A stretch of 64,000 nucleotides of DNA from Anolis carolinensis (taxonomy: Eukaryota). The notes under the pieces were generated by a model. That model made no database searches. It saw only the letters and a list, made by a program, of their open reading frames with translations, and was not told the origin of the DNA. Shown one piece after another: positions 25,639 through 38,055 of this stretch (position 1 is its first letter; each line of letters opens with the position of its first letter). The stretch is taken from positions 231,896,107 to 231,960,106 of the forward strand of contig NC_085844.1 of NCBI RefSeq assembly GCF_035594765.1. The letters run 5' to 3'. Made by a program: the position numbers and the translations under genes.

Positions 25639-26206
25639 GTATGCATCTACACCAGTGATTCCCAAAGTGAGCGCTACCGCCCCCTGGTGGGCACTGCAGC
25701 GATCCAGGGGTGCGGTGATGGCCACAGGTGCATTTGGGGGCGATGAATAACTGTATTACCTTTCTATTCTGAGTTCAAAAAATAGTTTCATAATTTCAAA
25801 CTTCAATGTTTCTAATTTACACCTTTCTTTATTTTACGAAAAAGGTAGAAACATTAATACATATATCTTTCTGTTGGTATACAAAATTATTTTTGACAAT
25901 TATACAGAAATGGCTGACATTTTGGAAGAAAAATATTAGAAAAAATGTAAGACCAAAACTTTTGGTTACAGCTGGGAAATTGGTGCATCACATAGGTCCA
26001 GATCCAGGCTTGATCCAACCCACCTGTTGATCTATGGGTCATTTCGGCTTGTTGTTAGATACCATGGGATGACAAGAGAAGAGATCCTATGGGCCTTTCC
26101 CACCTCTCCTGCCAGTCCTAGCAGCCGTCCCAGGCCCACCTCCATGATACAGCCCCCGGGTCCCTGAAGGGAAACCCTTATAACATTCCACAGTATAGAT
26201 GCACCC
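25639..26206. mobile_element. Harbinger-like element interrupted by a hAT fragment
   Basis: TGA-gtatgcatctacac ... gtatagatgcaccc-TGA. Confidence 0.55.
25653..25880 (+). mobile_element. hAT/Charlie-like transposon left end
   Basis: Starts CAGTGATTCCCAAAGTG (Charlie-type terminus) with GC-rich subterminal motifs; right end not found. Confidence 0.6.
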
Positions 26207-28989
26207 TGAGTAAAATGTACAGTGCAGGCACAGCAGAATACCATTATTGATTTATTTTAATGAAAGAAATGAGATATGACTATCCTTCCCTCTTTGTATT
26301 ATTAATTAGCTAACAAGATTTTCTTTTTTTGAAGAATCATTTTTTTAAAAGTTGCTTTGCTTTTTGACCCTAGCTTCTTCTTATTGGTATAATATTTATG
26401 GTCTTGTAGATCTTGGCTCCTCTGCGGAGAATGTCTGCCTGATTTGCAGCGCAGGTGCTGTGTAGGTGGGTGCTATGTGGGTTTCCCCCTGATCTGCCAG
26501 GATGCCTGAACTGTGCTATCTAAGCACCAGGCGCTGGCAGTCCTGCATCTCCTTGCAGCCAAGGCTGACAATCTGTGCCAACTTGTGGAAGCAGTTGGGG
26601 GGTTAATAAACCTTTTCTAAACTTGTCGGATTGTATAAATAGCTCAAATCTGTGCCTCAAGAGGAAAATAAAAGGAATAAATGTTTTCAACTCCTTCCCC
26701 TCCCCGCCCCCACACATTGCCAAGTACTTACATATGGAGGCAAAGGCACCTAGAAAGAGATCTTCATTTGAGATGTTGCCTTCCATCTATCAGCTTCAAA
26801 GGAGCTGGCTTGGGGACAAGAGTGAGCAACAGTATAAACCGATTGCTGGTACTTATGACTACTTTTTCGAGTCTGTTTAGCAAATATTATTGAAGGGTGG
26901 ATTGTTTTTATTCAAACTGCCAGTGTGAATTCATACTGTGTGGGTAGATAAGATCCAAGGGAGGACAAGATCAGAAGCATAACATGCTGCGCTGATCAAT
27001 AGGAAAAAAGATTAAGTAGTTACTAATGAGTTACTTGTACCCAGTTCCTTCCCCACAAACATAACTAATGGCTCGGCTACACCAGGCAGTTTAACCTGAT
27101 GTAAATGTGCCTTAGGGCAACGCCAAATCTGAGCCCATTCTTCAGGCAGCCAGGGAGTATTGGGGCAGCCTGCATCTCATCTCCTCCATGATGCTGCTGC
27201 TCTTACCACCTTATCACACTGAGAAATTTCCCACTTGTACGACACTTCAGCCTCTTTTCAAGCACAGAGAGGCACTGAGCTCATCACATGAGTTATGCTA
27301 CTTCCAGCTGTCATGCATAGGCCTCCATGGTTGAAAAGAGGCAGAATTGTCCTGAAAGGAGGGAACTCCAGCAATCAACCTCATCACATTTAGAAAAGCC
27401 CCCATGGAAGGACACTTCAACCTCTTTTCTAGCATGGAGAGGCACAGAGCTCATCATATCTTCCTGGGTTGAAAAGAGGCTGAAATGTCCTGAAAGAAAG
27501 GAACTATGAACACAGGCCAGCAATCATGTTCAGAGCTCCTACCTCTTACTCCCATGTTTACAATTGAAATACAGGTGGGATGGGAACCATCAAAAGCTTC
27601 CCATCCTGTTTCATTGCCCAACCATCAATAGTCTTTTGTATCCTATGGAGGTTTGATGCAAACCCATAGGATCCCATGGAAAGAACTGGTTTTATCTTGG
27701 ATCACGGTCTCTTTTATCCTATAGGTTTTGATGCAGAACCATAAGATCCCATGGAAAGAAGTGATTTTAAACTGGTCTCCTTTCATGTTAGGGGCTTTGG
27801 GCAGGGCAAGGGATCTCTTGGTTTTTGGATATTGTTGTTTCTCCTGATGAAAAACAAAAAAAAGTAATACTGACCTTGTGGTGAATGTAAAATGAATGTA
27901 TTGCCAGCTCTTTAGTTTCCACGTGTGAGTGTGATGGGGAGACAGAACACTAAACAATATGAGAAGTGCAATTCTCTACTCTTAAAGGGACATTCACCTA
28001 TGTTTTCACCTCTCAATGTGATGAGGTGGTTAAGTCAGCCACAGAGCGCTGCATGACCAGGAAGAAAAGGCAAGATGGGCACCTCTATTGATATCAGTTT
28101 GGTTTGCTCATGTGGCCAGAAGGAGAGTGGAGAGATCATTCCTCTCCTTCATGCTGGTTATGCAAGCAACCCATTCCAGTGTCAGGAGACACACCAGGAG
28201 ATTGAACAGTTTCATAGCTGACTAAGAAACATAGGCATGATTCCTTTTGGATCCTGTGCAAGGAGAGAGGTCAGATCCAAACTCAATAATTAAATAATAT
28301 AATTTATAGAAAAGAGGCTTTGCATGGAACATTAAGTAATTATTTTACAAATAAATTTTACCAAGATCAACAAGATTAAGCTCCCTTATTTGCTGAGAGA
28401 GAACTGGTGATTCTTCACTTGTTTAATTTCTTTCTTGATATAGAGGAGTCAACAGATTATATCTGGCCATGGACTTCATCCATTTTGCTCAGCATTATGT
28501 TTTTTTCTGACTGGCTGAAAAGAAGTTTCTGGAAGAAATCACTAGCATTCCCCACCTAATCCTTGTGACCTGACATTGTCAAAATATGGCAAAGATGAAG
28601 GAAAACACACATGTCTTTTGCCTGAGTCTACTGCAAAGGGCAAGATTCTGTCCTTTCCTCTCCCTGCTGCTGTGTTGATTGTGTAAAAGCAATTTTGAAA
28701 TTTGAATTCAATTTGCAACAACTAAAATAAAAGGAAAGATGTTGGAGGAGAACATGGAAACTAGGACATTTTTAAAGGAGCTGAAAATGTGTACTGGCAG
28801 AGAATCAATATGGACTGTTGCTGTCAAAGTAGGACAGAGAGAATGGACTAACAGCAGCAACCAAGTAGGCCTCCATTTTGTCTTCACCCAATGGGTTTAT
28901 GAAGGTTGCAAGGTTATTAATAAGTCTTCCCCCGTAAATCTCAGAATTGGGGCACAAGCAATATTTACAATTCAAAACTAACACTTCGT

Positions 28990-29085
28990 ATTATGTCAAT
29001 AAACTGACCAGCAGTCAGTAAAGTTATCTGGCCACAGTATCTTAAACCTAATGAGGTTTCCAGGCATTTTTCAAAGGCAGCCTCG

Positions 29086-29128
<43 letters not shown>

Positions 29129-29800
29129 TGCATTTATCAAAATTAGATAAGTAAGGTATGTGGCCCTATGGCCAGATCAGACATCACCAGGAACAGGCAG
29201 AGCCAGTGCAGTACCTTTGACTGTGTAGATATATTGGTGGCCACAGTTAAAACCTGAGTATACAGGCTCTGACCTGAGTAGATCTTGAGTATACTCTATG
29301 TAAACTTGAGTTTTCAAGATAATATAACCCCATCTAGTACAGGCTGAATTCCTGTTTCCTGATCTGCCTTTCAGTGACCAGGATGACCTCTTTCTTGTTC
29401 ACCCTTATTCAGTTCACTGCATGATTGTGTTCTGAACAGTATGACTCCTGTATCACAAAGAGATATATTTCTGGGCATCATGTAGATGCATGAAACCACA
29501 GATATTAGCAGACCATATTGAAATTAAGGTCTTCTAGTCCAAGAATACCAAGGAGTCTCACTGAAGGACCTAGAAAATGCCTAGAGAGAGAGGACATATT
29601 TTCTCAGATGGGAAACTGTGGGTACCAGCCCCTTGAATGCAGAGATCATGATATTCTTTGTCTTTCTTTAAACTACTGACCTGGCCGCTTTCAATGTAAT
29701 CATGAACACCTATAGTATTTAACTCCCCTTTGGCAGAACATAGAAATCTTACCTTTTGAGCCACAGCCCCCATAAATGCTCGCTCGGGCAGCATGGCATT
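28990..29800 (-). mobile_element. Old L2 ORF2 fragment
   Basis: Minus strand tctgatctggccata...tgcaata...gctgcctttgaaaa parallels SDLTMVVHALVTSRLDYCNALYVGLPLK of the young L2; interrupted by a (TA)/(TATG) microsatellite. Confidence 0.5.
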
Positions 29801-31143
29801 CAGTATTCCAGAGTTTTAACATCATGTTAAAAGAACTGTAACATAGAAAGCCTCAGCATTGTTGTATCTCCATTCCTCCAACAAAGATTCCCACTGCCCA
29901 GGCAGAAAAAGACATGTTTCTTTGAGAAAGATGTTCTTTCTTACTGCCTGATATATTTCATTTTTTAAGAAATAGAATGTTCACACAATTAATTAACCAT
30001 TTTATGCATCAATTAATGTTAGGGCATTTATTTCTCACTTTTTAACTCAGCAGGGGCCTGAGTTAATGCACAAAGGGTAAAACACTTAAAAATACTTAAT
30101 AAATAATAAAAACCCAGTGTAAACAATTCAGACTTCTCTTTTGAAACAGCTGCAAAACCAGACAATGCTTCATCCTACAGCCTGATGTCTTTCACTTCCC
30201 TCCACCCACAATTTTCCCAGCTAAAAGTGATCTAATATAGAGATTTGATTTGGCAAAATAACAAGGAACTTACAAATGAAACAAAGTTGTGAGGCTTTCA
30301 AGTTTGCATCTCTTCCTCCTGCCTCAGCTCCTCCCATCCATTTTCTTGCCACTCTACTCTTCTTCTCTTAGCAGAGAAACACAAGGCCTTTCTCTCTCAT
30401 GAGTTAAAAAAATCACAACGTATCTATTAGCCAGTGTTTATTTTTAAGCAGTGCCAAAAGTGTTTATAGATAGAAACAACAGAACAACCCATAATCAAAT
30501 CATTGTTTTTGCTAGATCTGCTATTTAACAACTTGAAGAAAAATAATTTCCTCAAATCAAAGAAAGAATGGTCAAGGAAGCTGTTTGCACTCATTATTAC
30601 CATATAAACTACCATATTAGTTGCTTAGCTACCAATCATAAAAGGAGGCCAATTTTATTTAAAAATTGCAAGATTCAACTAAACGGTGTAGAATATAGAC
30701 GTGGAAACTTAAAAGCTGTCAGGTGGTTAGTGGAAAGAATGGTGAAGAGTGATTGACAAAGTGGGCTTTACACAGCTTCAAATTTGGCTTTGATTCAGTA
30801 GATGATTGACATGCCGATATCTTCTGAAAAAGTGGATTATGCTTTGGAGAGGTTATTTAGAAAGCCACTGATTGACAGTTTACTAAAACTGTCCCATGGA
30901 CAGGGGTAACCAAACAGAGCTGTATTTTGACAGGTAAAATTCTTTAATCTCTGTCTCGCTATATCTCTTTTCTTCCTATAAGGAGACACTCTGAAGTGCC
31001 AGTCATTTAATTCATGGCGGTCCCCATGCATAGCATTCTTCTTTTTAAAAACAATAATCAGATAGAATATTACAGGCGTCTTTTGCATCTTGTAAGCACT
31101 TTTGCATTCTGGCTTTGAAGAAAATGTGGGTATAAATAAAGTA

Positions 31144-31435
31144 CAGTAAGTTCCTCATATCTGTGGGAATACTTTCCCAGCTGGATCACAATTACATGAA
31201 TCCACATATACAATTGAACGCTACTAAATTAATTAACTTCTGGCCCAAGCTCACCCTAGAATTGTATTGGAAGACGTAGAGATTCCTAAAAAGGCAACTT
31301 TATTGTAACTTCTGGTGGATGTATACCATAGAATCACTTGGAGGACTTACCGAATTCCTGAAGACCCCCCCCCCCCCACCCAAGCACAGTAAATGAAATC
31401 ATGGATATGTGTTCTGTGGTTGTGGAGGTTACAGT
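31144..31435. mobile_element. Old mariner/Tigger-like MITE with an internal direct repeat
   Basis: ta-cagtaagttcctcatatctgtgg ... gtggaggttacag-ta; duplicated cc.tagaat...ttgga.gac motif. Confidence 0.45.
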
Positions 31436-31627
31436 AATACAGTACTAGGAGATACTATTTATGATTCTAAAAATGAAAATAAATATTAACTGGGAACACA
31501 TAATCTGTTTATGTACCATTAGGACAAGACCTTGGACCCCATTCTGTAGAACTTCAGGATCTTATTCAGCAGAATGAAAGGGAAAACTCAAAGATGTAGC
31601 AGGGATGGTTTGTGTCATTTTTAAAGT

Positions 31628-31668
<41 letters not shown>

Positions 31669-32354
31669 TCCATATAACTTTTAACCAGAATCTGTATTGC
31701 CAAGCTGCAAGACCAGTCCAGGGATAAAGGGACTCAAAATGTAAAGCTAGGATCTAAACCAGAAGTGGGTAAAACATGACCTGTGGTCACATGTGGATGT
31801 CCAAGCCTGGACATCCCAAACCCACTAGAACGTAAATGGAGATGAAAAACATTACTCCAAATGGGCAAAAATGGCCCAATCCACTGTTTGTTACAATTTA
31901 CCCTCTACTATTGCAATGCACCCACAAGCTAAAGCAAACAAATATTTCCAGCAAGAAAAGTACACTAGGGGTATGCATAGAGAGAAAATGAACATCTAAC
32001 AATGTGAAGGTAATAAAATTGCCCATCTGTGGGCTATCAGGATTTTAAGAGGGCTTCTACCACACCAGTCAAAAGGCATCTCACAACAGTTCCATCTGTT
32101 CTTTCTTAATGGATTTGGGTGTGCACTTGTGTGTTTCCACATGCATGTGTGTAGGCGTGTGGGCAAATGTGGGGTTTATAAGTGAAAGATGATATCTGCC
32201 TAACTTCTTGGAAAATTCCACAAAATGAGACAGAGCAGTTGGGCAAAAGGGAAGTTTTAGAATCCTCTTCAGGAATAGAAAGAACTAATGTGGTAGAGTA
32301 TCTTTCTTTGGATACTGAATGGTCATGAGTATGGAGTGCTTTGATTATGTATTC

Positions 32355-32420
32355 CTGCATGGCAGAGGGTTAGACTGGATGACCCTTGTAATCTCTTCCA
32401 ACCTGTGATTTTATGATATG
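32355..32420 (+). mobile_element. CR1 3' end
   Basis: cctgcatggcagagggttagactggatgaccctt...tcttccaacctgtgattttatgat. Confidence 0.7.
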
Positions 32421-33528
32421 AATGATTGGAAACATGTGGCCCCTAGAATGGCTAACTTGGAACAAGGACTCAAAACCTGAACTAGATGCTACAGCGACTC
32501 TTCTCCCCTTTGAATACAAGGTGCCAATTCAAGTAACTGGTTGCTGGAACCTCAGCCTGGAAAGAATGTAGGTTATTCACAGAGGTCACCTTTGAGAAAA
32601 ACAGATTTTATTTGACCAATGGATAGGCCACTCTACATAGAAAATAGGCTATATTTTTCAGAAATTAGGGACTTTTCATTTCATTGCTATAGCCTGTTTT
32701 CCCTTCCACTGCATACAGATTGCGAGCTTGGAAAAAGTTTTCATTTGAACTGCAGACAAATTATTATCAGCATCACTTGTCAATGGCTGTGAATGAGGTG
32801 ACAGCTTCTTGCATACCAGGGGGAAAAATAATGGCATGTTGAAGAAACAAACAGCAGACATGCTATGGAAATCAAAGGGGGGCATCTGCTTGGTGTAGGT
32901 GGCAGAGGTTCAGGCTCGTTAAGGAAGGCAGGCCTAATAAAGTAAAGTGGGCTCCAAGTTGTAAAACATTGCATCGAGATGTAAGCCTTCATTACAAGAA
33001 CCTTTTTCAGTGAGTCTCTTAAGCAACTTGAGGATGATAAGAGAGCCGTAGTTATCTCCACGGATATCAGTGGGGTAGCTAAGCCCTGACAGGATTTGTC
33101 CCACCGTTCCCACTGCAAAATGGCAAGGAGTGACTTTGCCTTTATAGCCCACTATAAATTGGCTTCATCAAAGCTTCCAAGATGATGACCATAATAATGA
33201 AGAAATGTAGGGTGCAGCTTTTCGACAAGTCTTCTCCCAGCATGATGACACCACAAGGGCATTCTCATAAACAATCCCCTGAAAATTGTGCCATGATCAA
33301 TTCCAGTCCTTTGCCCTGAGAAACTACAACAGTGTTTGGATATATCCTCTATAGCCCATTCCTCTGCAAAATGTCTAAAGTAAACAGCTACATGCCTTGT
33401 CTCAAGTAAATAGCAAAAGTTTGGACTGTATGTCTTTCACAGGCCTGTCTTTCTCTTTTATCATTTTATTCTGTCATTTGTTATCCAAAATGCTAAATTC
33501 TAGAAGTACTTTGATTTTTTCCCTCAAT

Positions 33529-33656
33529 NNNNNNNNNNNNNNNNNNNNNNNNNNNNNNNNNNNNNNNNNNNNNNNNNNNNNNNNNNNNNNNNNNNNNNNN
33601 NNNNNNNNNNNNNNNNNNNNNNNNNNNNNNNNNNNNNNNNNNNNNNNNNNNNNNNN
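33529..33656. other. Assembly gap (128 N)
   Basis: Run of n. Confidence 1.
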
Positions 33657-35016
33657 GGAACCAAGTCACAACACAACATTCATATATGTTTTATATACAC
33701 ATAGCCTGAAGATGATTTTATACCATTTTAATAAGCTTGTACATCAGAGAACAAAAGTCTCATTTTCTCAGCCACCCAGGTAGACAATTTTGGTGGATTT
33801 TGGATTTCAGAATGCCAGATAAGAGACATTGAACTTGTTTCTGCATCAGGTATATTATATTTTCCTTAATGAGTTGGTATTGGTAGTTCCACTCCAGAGA
33901 GAGACAGAATCCAGAATATTTTATTGGTCCTAATTGTAAAGAACAGGACTGTTCTATATATAGATATAAATTCATTGACCTGAGCAGTGAAGCTGCCTGT
34001 GGTTGTGAAGCCACCCCCAAAATGTATTTTAGAGAGTAACTCTGAAGTGACTGACCACGGGAATGTCATGACATATTACAGACATTCTCTTGCCTCATTC
34101 CGGGAAATCCTGGTCTGGGATTAGTCCAGATTCTATAAATTGTCTGGGACATGATGCCTCTTCCTCTTGCTATATGTCTTGTGCTGTCTGGAATACATCA
34201 AAGCACTTGAAGAGCTGGACACCTAATGGAGTCAACTAAATGTAGGCCATTTGACAGTCAGTGTGTATATTATTCTGTTCACTTAATTTTAAGATTTTTC
34301 CATTTAAAAATTAGAATACTCCGTTGTGAATCTCTTACATCATGCAATTTTGTCTTTTACACTGCAGAACTAAAAGCCAGCTTTTGCAAACACCAATTCA
34401 ACATGGATAGATTTTTATTCTAGGATCATCCAAATGTTTTGGACTTCAAGATGTCCCAGCCAAAACATCTAGAAAACTAAAGCTTGATTACCACTGCTCT
34501 AGAGTAGATATACTAAAATGGTTGTCACAGTCATCATCCACCTTGAAACTGTGTCTTCCTTACTTACATATGCATTTATTATGTGTACACTACACATACT
34601 TATATGTAACTATATTCAATACTGTACCTATTAGCTGCTTATTTTATGTATCTATTTGCTTTTTTAAGTGTACACATTTACAAGTCATAGTCGAATACCT
34701 AAAACAGACCTATAACATGGGAAATTGACCTTATAATAAAAATATGGCTAGTATTGTCTACAAATATGACAATATTTTTCTTGCTATCTCATTCATTAAC
34801 TTTATATATATGTTGCCTTTCCTCCCAGAAGTAGAACTCAAGATGGATGACTTTTCTAAGATTCTCACTACCTGATAACATACTTTTCATCTTTGTTGTT
34901 AGTATATTATGAAAAACATCTATATACTGCATCTCTACCCACCTGTGCTGCTAATCATGATGCCCACATGAGGAATAAGGTAGGAAAAAACATTTATTTA
35001 ATTTAAAAATATTTCT

Positions 35017-35373
35017 CTGTGTGTATATGTCTTCATATTGCCAGTTAAGTAAACCAAGAATTCCATAGGGTTTATTAGGCTCCTTCTACACAGATGTATA
35101 AAATTCACATTGAACTGGATTACATGGCAATGTGGACTCAGATAACCCAGTGCAAAGCAGATATTGTAGATTATCTGCCTTGATATTCTAGGTTATGTGG
35201 CTGAGTGGAAGGGCCCTTAGGTTTTCATGCGGTTTTGTTAGTTCCTTCCTCTGAAATATCAGGTCTGCTGCACCTAATATTCATTGACAGTCTTCCATCC
35301 AAGTACAAACCAGAACTGACCCTGCTTAGTTTCCAAGATCAGATGGGAACTGGTGCTTTTGGGGTATTTAGAC
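35017..35373 (-). mobile_element. 5S rRNA-headed SINE, interrupted
   Basis: Minus strand tctgatcttggaaactaagcagggtcag...gtacttggatggaagac follows the 5S rRNA internal promoter, then tttcagaggaaggaact; the tail continues left of the MITE. Confidence 0.75.
35078..35216. mobile_element. Harbinger-type MITE nested in a 5S SINE
   Basis: TTA-ggctccttctacacag ... ctgagtggaagggccc-TTA. Confidence 0.8.
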
Positions 35374-35479
35374 TTTCCCTGCCCTATATCAAAAAGATAA
35401 CAGCACAGCATATAATTAACCTTAACCAACGGGTTGAACAGTTTAAAACAATTATATACACTAAAAAATGCAATAGTTT

Positions 35480-35766
35480 GCTATCTTATGTCCCTGTTCC
35501 CTGTTCCCTGTGGTTTTATTCTTATCCTTTTCTCACCCCGAGTTTTAACTGAGTGTTCATGCGGCCCGCCCTGTTATATTGCTTTTTTGATTTTGTGTTG
35601 TACTGTATACGATCATTTATTGTATTGTTGTAATTGTATTATGATATGTTGTTTTTATATTTTGCTATATTGTATTTGTCCCGGGCATGGCCCCATGTAA
35701 GCCGCCCCGAGTCCCCATTGGGGAGATGGTGGCGGGGTATAAATAAAGTTTTATTATTATTATTAT
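35480..35766 (+). mobile_element. Young L2 3' UTR
   Basis: ggccccatgtaagccgccccgagtcccc..ggggagatggtggcggggtataaataaag plus (TTA)n, closely matching 41550-41640. Confidence 0.8.
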
Positions 35767-35829
35767 AGTTAGAAACAAATGTAAAGGGCTTAAATATTTT
35801 GAAGTTATGTACATAGAATCTGAAATCAA

Positions 35830-36260
35830 CGGAAGAGGCTCAAAAGCCTTGATGAACAGCCATATTTTCCATTTATGCTTATGTGAAATGAGTGTTGGTG
35901 TCAATCAGGCCTCCAAGGGGAAGGCATTTCATGTCTGGGGTGGCGCAGTGGAGAAGGCCCTTTCCCATGTGTTAACACAATGTACTGAACACATTGGTAG
36001 GACACAAAAGTGCACCCTCCAAGCAGACCTCAATCCTCCGGGAGGGACATATAGGGAAGAGGTGCTTCCTCAATCCCAAGCCATTTAAGAACCAGCACAG
36101 TTTGGCAGAGAAAACTGCCAAAGACTTTGTAAAACTACAACTCCCATGAATCCATAGCATTAATGTGTGGTGGTTAAAGTGGCATCAAACTGCATTAATT
36201 CTATAGTGTAGATGCACCCTTTGGGTTTTAAATATCAACACAAGAACCTTGAATTTGGAC
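35830..36260 (-). mobile_element. Old L2 ORF2 C-terminal fragment with a partial Harbinger MITE (about 36090-36220)
   Basis: Minus strand gaaagggccttctccactgcgccaccccagacatg (RAFS..AP..W); MITE right arm tgcattaattctatagtgtagatgcaccc. Confidence 0.55.
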
Positions 36261-36535
36261 TGGAAACCTATTTCCAGCTCGTGCATTATGTCATTTCAAA
36301 CTGACAGCAGGCTCTAACGTGATCAAATGCTACCTCATTAAAAATAGCTGTATATGGAAAAGTAAATCTCAAGGAGAATGTTTCTAGTATTCCGAGGCCC
36401 CACAGGGTAGGAATAGTTTTAGAGTATCGCCCTATGAAATCTCATTTCTGCTCCAATATGATACAGCCCAAACACAGGTTTCTCATTACACTGAGAAATA
36501 GATTTTGGTGTCCAAATGCATGCCACCACATTAAT

Positions 36536-36595
36536 TTAGAATCATAGAATTGGCAGAGACCACAAGTGTCATCCAGTCCAACTCCTGCCATGCCA
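36536..36595 (-). mobile_element. CR1 3' end
   Basis: tagaatcatagaattggcagagaccac...catccagtccaact. Confidence 0.65.
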
Positions 36596-37004
36596 TTTTG
36601 CTTTTCTTACTGTATGAAGATAACAGGGAAGCATTATGGGCAAATGCAAGTTCTATTAGAAATTATTATGGTTTCAGAAAACAGTCTCAGAATGGGGGGA
36701 TTTGAAGTGAAGAAACAGTGCAGAGGAGGCTTAATTCTTTATGCCTGCTGCTTGTCCTCTCCACATTTTCTCCCATCTGCTCTCTCTCTCTTTCTATCAC
36801 ACACACATTAGAAAATCGTGTTTGTGGTCACAAATAAGAGTCTGGACTCATACATGGGAATTTGTTTTTGATAAATTGTTTACAGAAAGAAAATTCTGTG
36901 TGGGGGACGGATTAAAGATCCCTTTTTGCTCAAAATGAGGTCATCTCAAAAATAAAAAGCCAGCTATGGTGATTGAACTGTAATACTGTTAGTTGCCCAT
37001 ACAT

Positions 37005-37238
37005 TTGTTGGAAGTGCCTTCAAGACACTTCCAACTATGGTGACCCTAATGCAACCCTTTCCTAGGGTAGGGTTTTCTTGACAAGATTTGTTCAGAGGGG
37101 GGATCGCTTTTTCCCTCCTTCGAGGCCATGAGAGTGACTTGCCCAAGTTCACCCAGTGGATTTCCATGGCCAAATGGGGATTCGAACCCTGTCCTCCAGA
37201 GTCAGGGCTCAGCACTCATACCACTACACCAAGGTGGT
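37005..37238 (-). mobile_element. tRNA-derived SINE (Anolis SINE2-type)
   Basis: Minus-strand head ggtgtagtggt (A box) ... gggttcgaatccc (B box); body shared with three other copies in the window. Confidence 0.8.
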
Positions 37239-37836
37239 TCTTGGTTGTCCATATTAAGCTGGTTTAATGCAAGCCTACATTACAGCTATGTTTTAAAGCT
37301 TACTGAGACTATAAAAGTGCAGTCCTTCAGATATCTGGAAAGTTGTTTGTATTATTTAGTTCTGTAACTGTTACTGTTCATTAAATGGATTAACACCATG
37401 TCTCACTTTAATATATATTCTATTTTTCTTTGAGATTGCTATAAGAGAACTTAAAAAGTTACATTTCATTTAAAATGCCATGAAATGTATTCACATCTTT
37501 TAGCTGGGTTTGATGTTTCTGTTAAGCTTCCTCTGTGCTGTTTACTGGACAAGCACTCGTGGTATGTGTAAACTCTATTTGTCCATTTATCTTGCCTTGA
37601 CATTTAAGGAAGAGAAAATCTAAACCCTGAAAAAAAACCCTTCATGCCTGAGTAAGTGATATGGTTCTATGTGAGTGGCAATGTCAGGGATTTCAGGCTC
37701 TCTAAGCAGGCGGAAGCTCTCTTTCGCTCTCAGAAATGATCACAGGACAATTCAGGACAAAGTGGTTATTGGTTCAATTTTATCTTCCTCTCCTTATGAC
37801 ATACACACATACAACCTGACACACAGTATTCATATA

Positions 37837-38055
37837 TTGTTGCTGTTCTGTGCCTTCAAGTCAATTCTGAATTTTAGAGAACCTAAGTGTTTCTTAGCAA
37901 GATGCATACAGAAGGGCTTTGCCTTTGCCTTCATTTGAGGCTGAGAAAGTGTAACTTGCCTAAAGTCATTCGGTGGGTTTCTGTGCTCAAGCAAAGATTT
38001 GCACCATGTTTTCTGGGGTCATTGTCCAGTGCTCTAACCATTACACCACAGTGGC
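37837..38055 (-). mobile_element. tRNA-derived SINE (Anolis SINE2-type)
   Basis: Same family as 37005-37238. Confidence 0.75.

Noticed and set aside
27241-27760. CRISPR-like array
   Set aside because: Eukaryotic context, only two degenerate units per repeat, no regular spacer structure and no cas genes.
35232-35373. 5S rRNA gene (also 413-480)
   Set aside because: Too diverged and fused to a shared SINE body; SINE-derived.
37170-37238. tRNA gene
   Set aside because: The A/B boxes belong to a multicopy SINE head; no full cloverleaf is visible.
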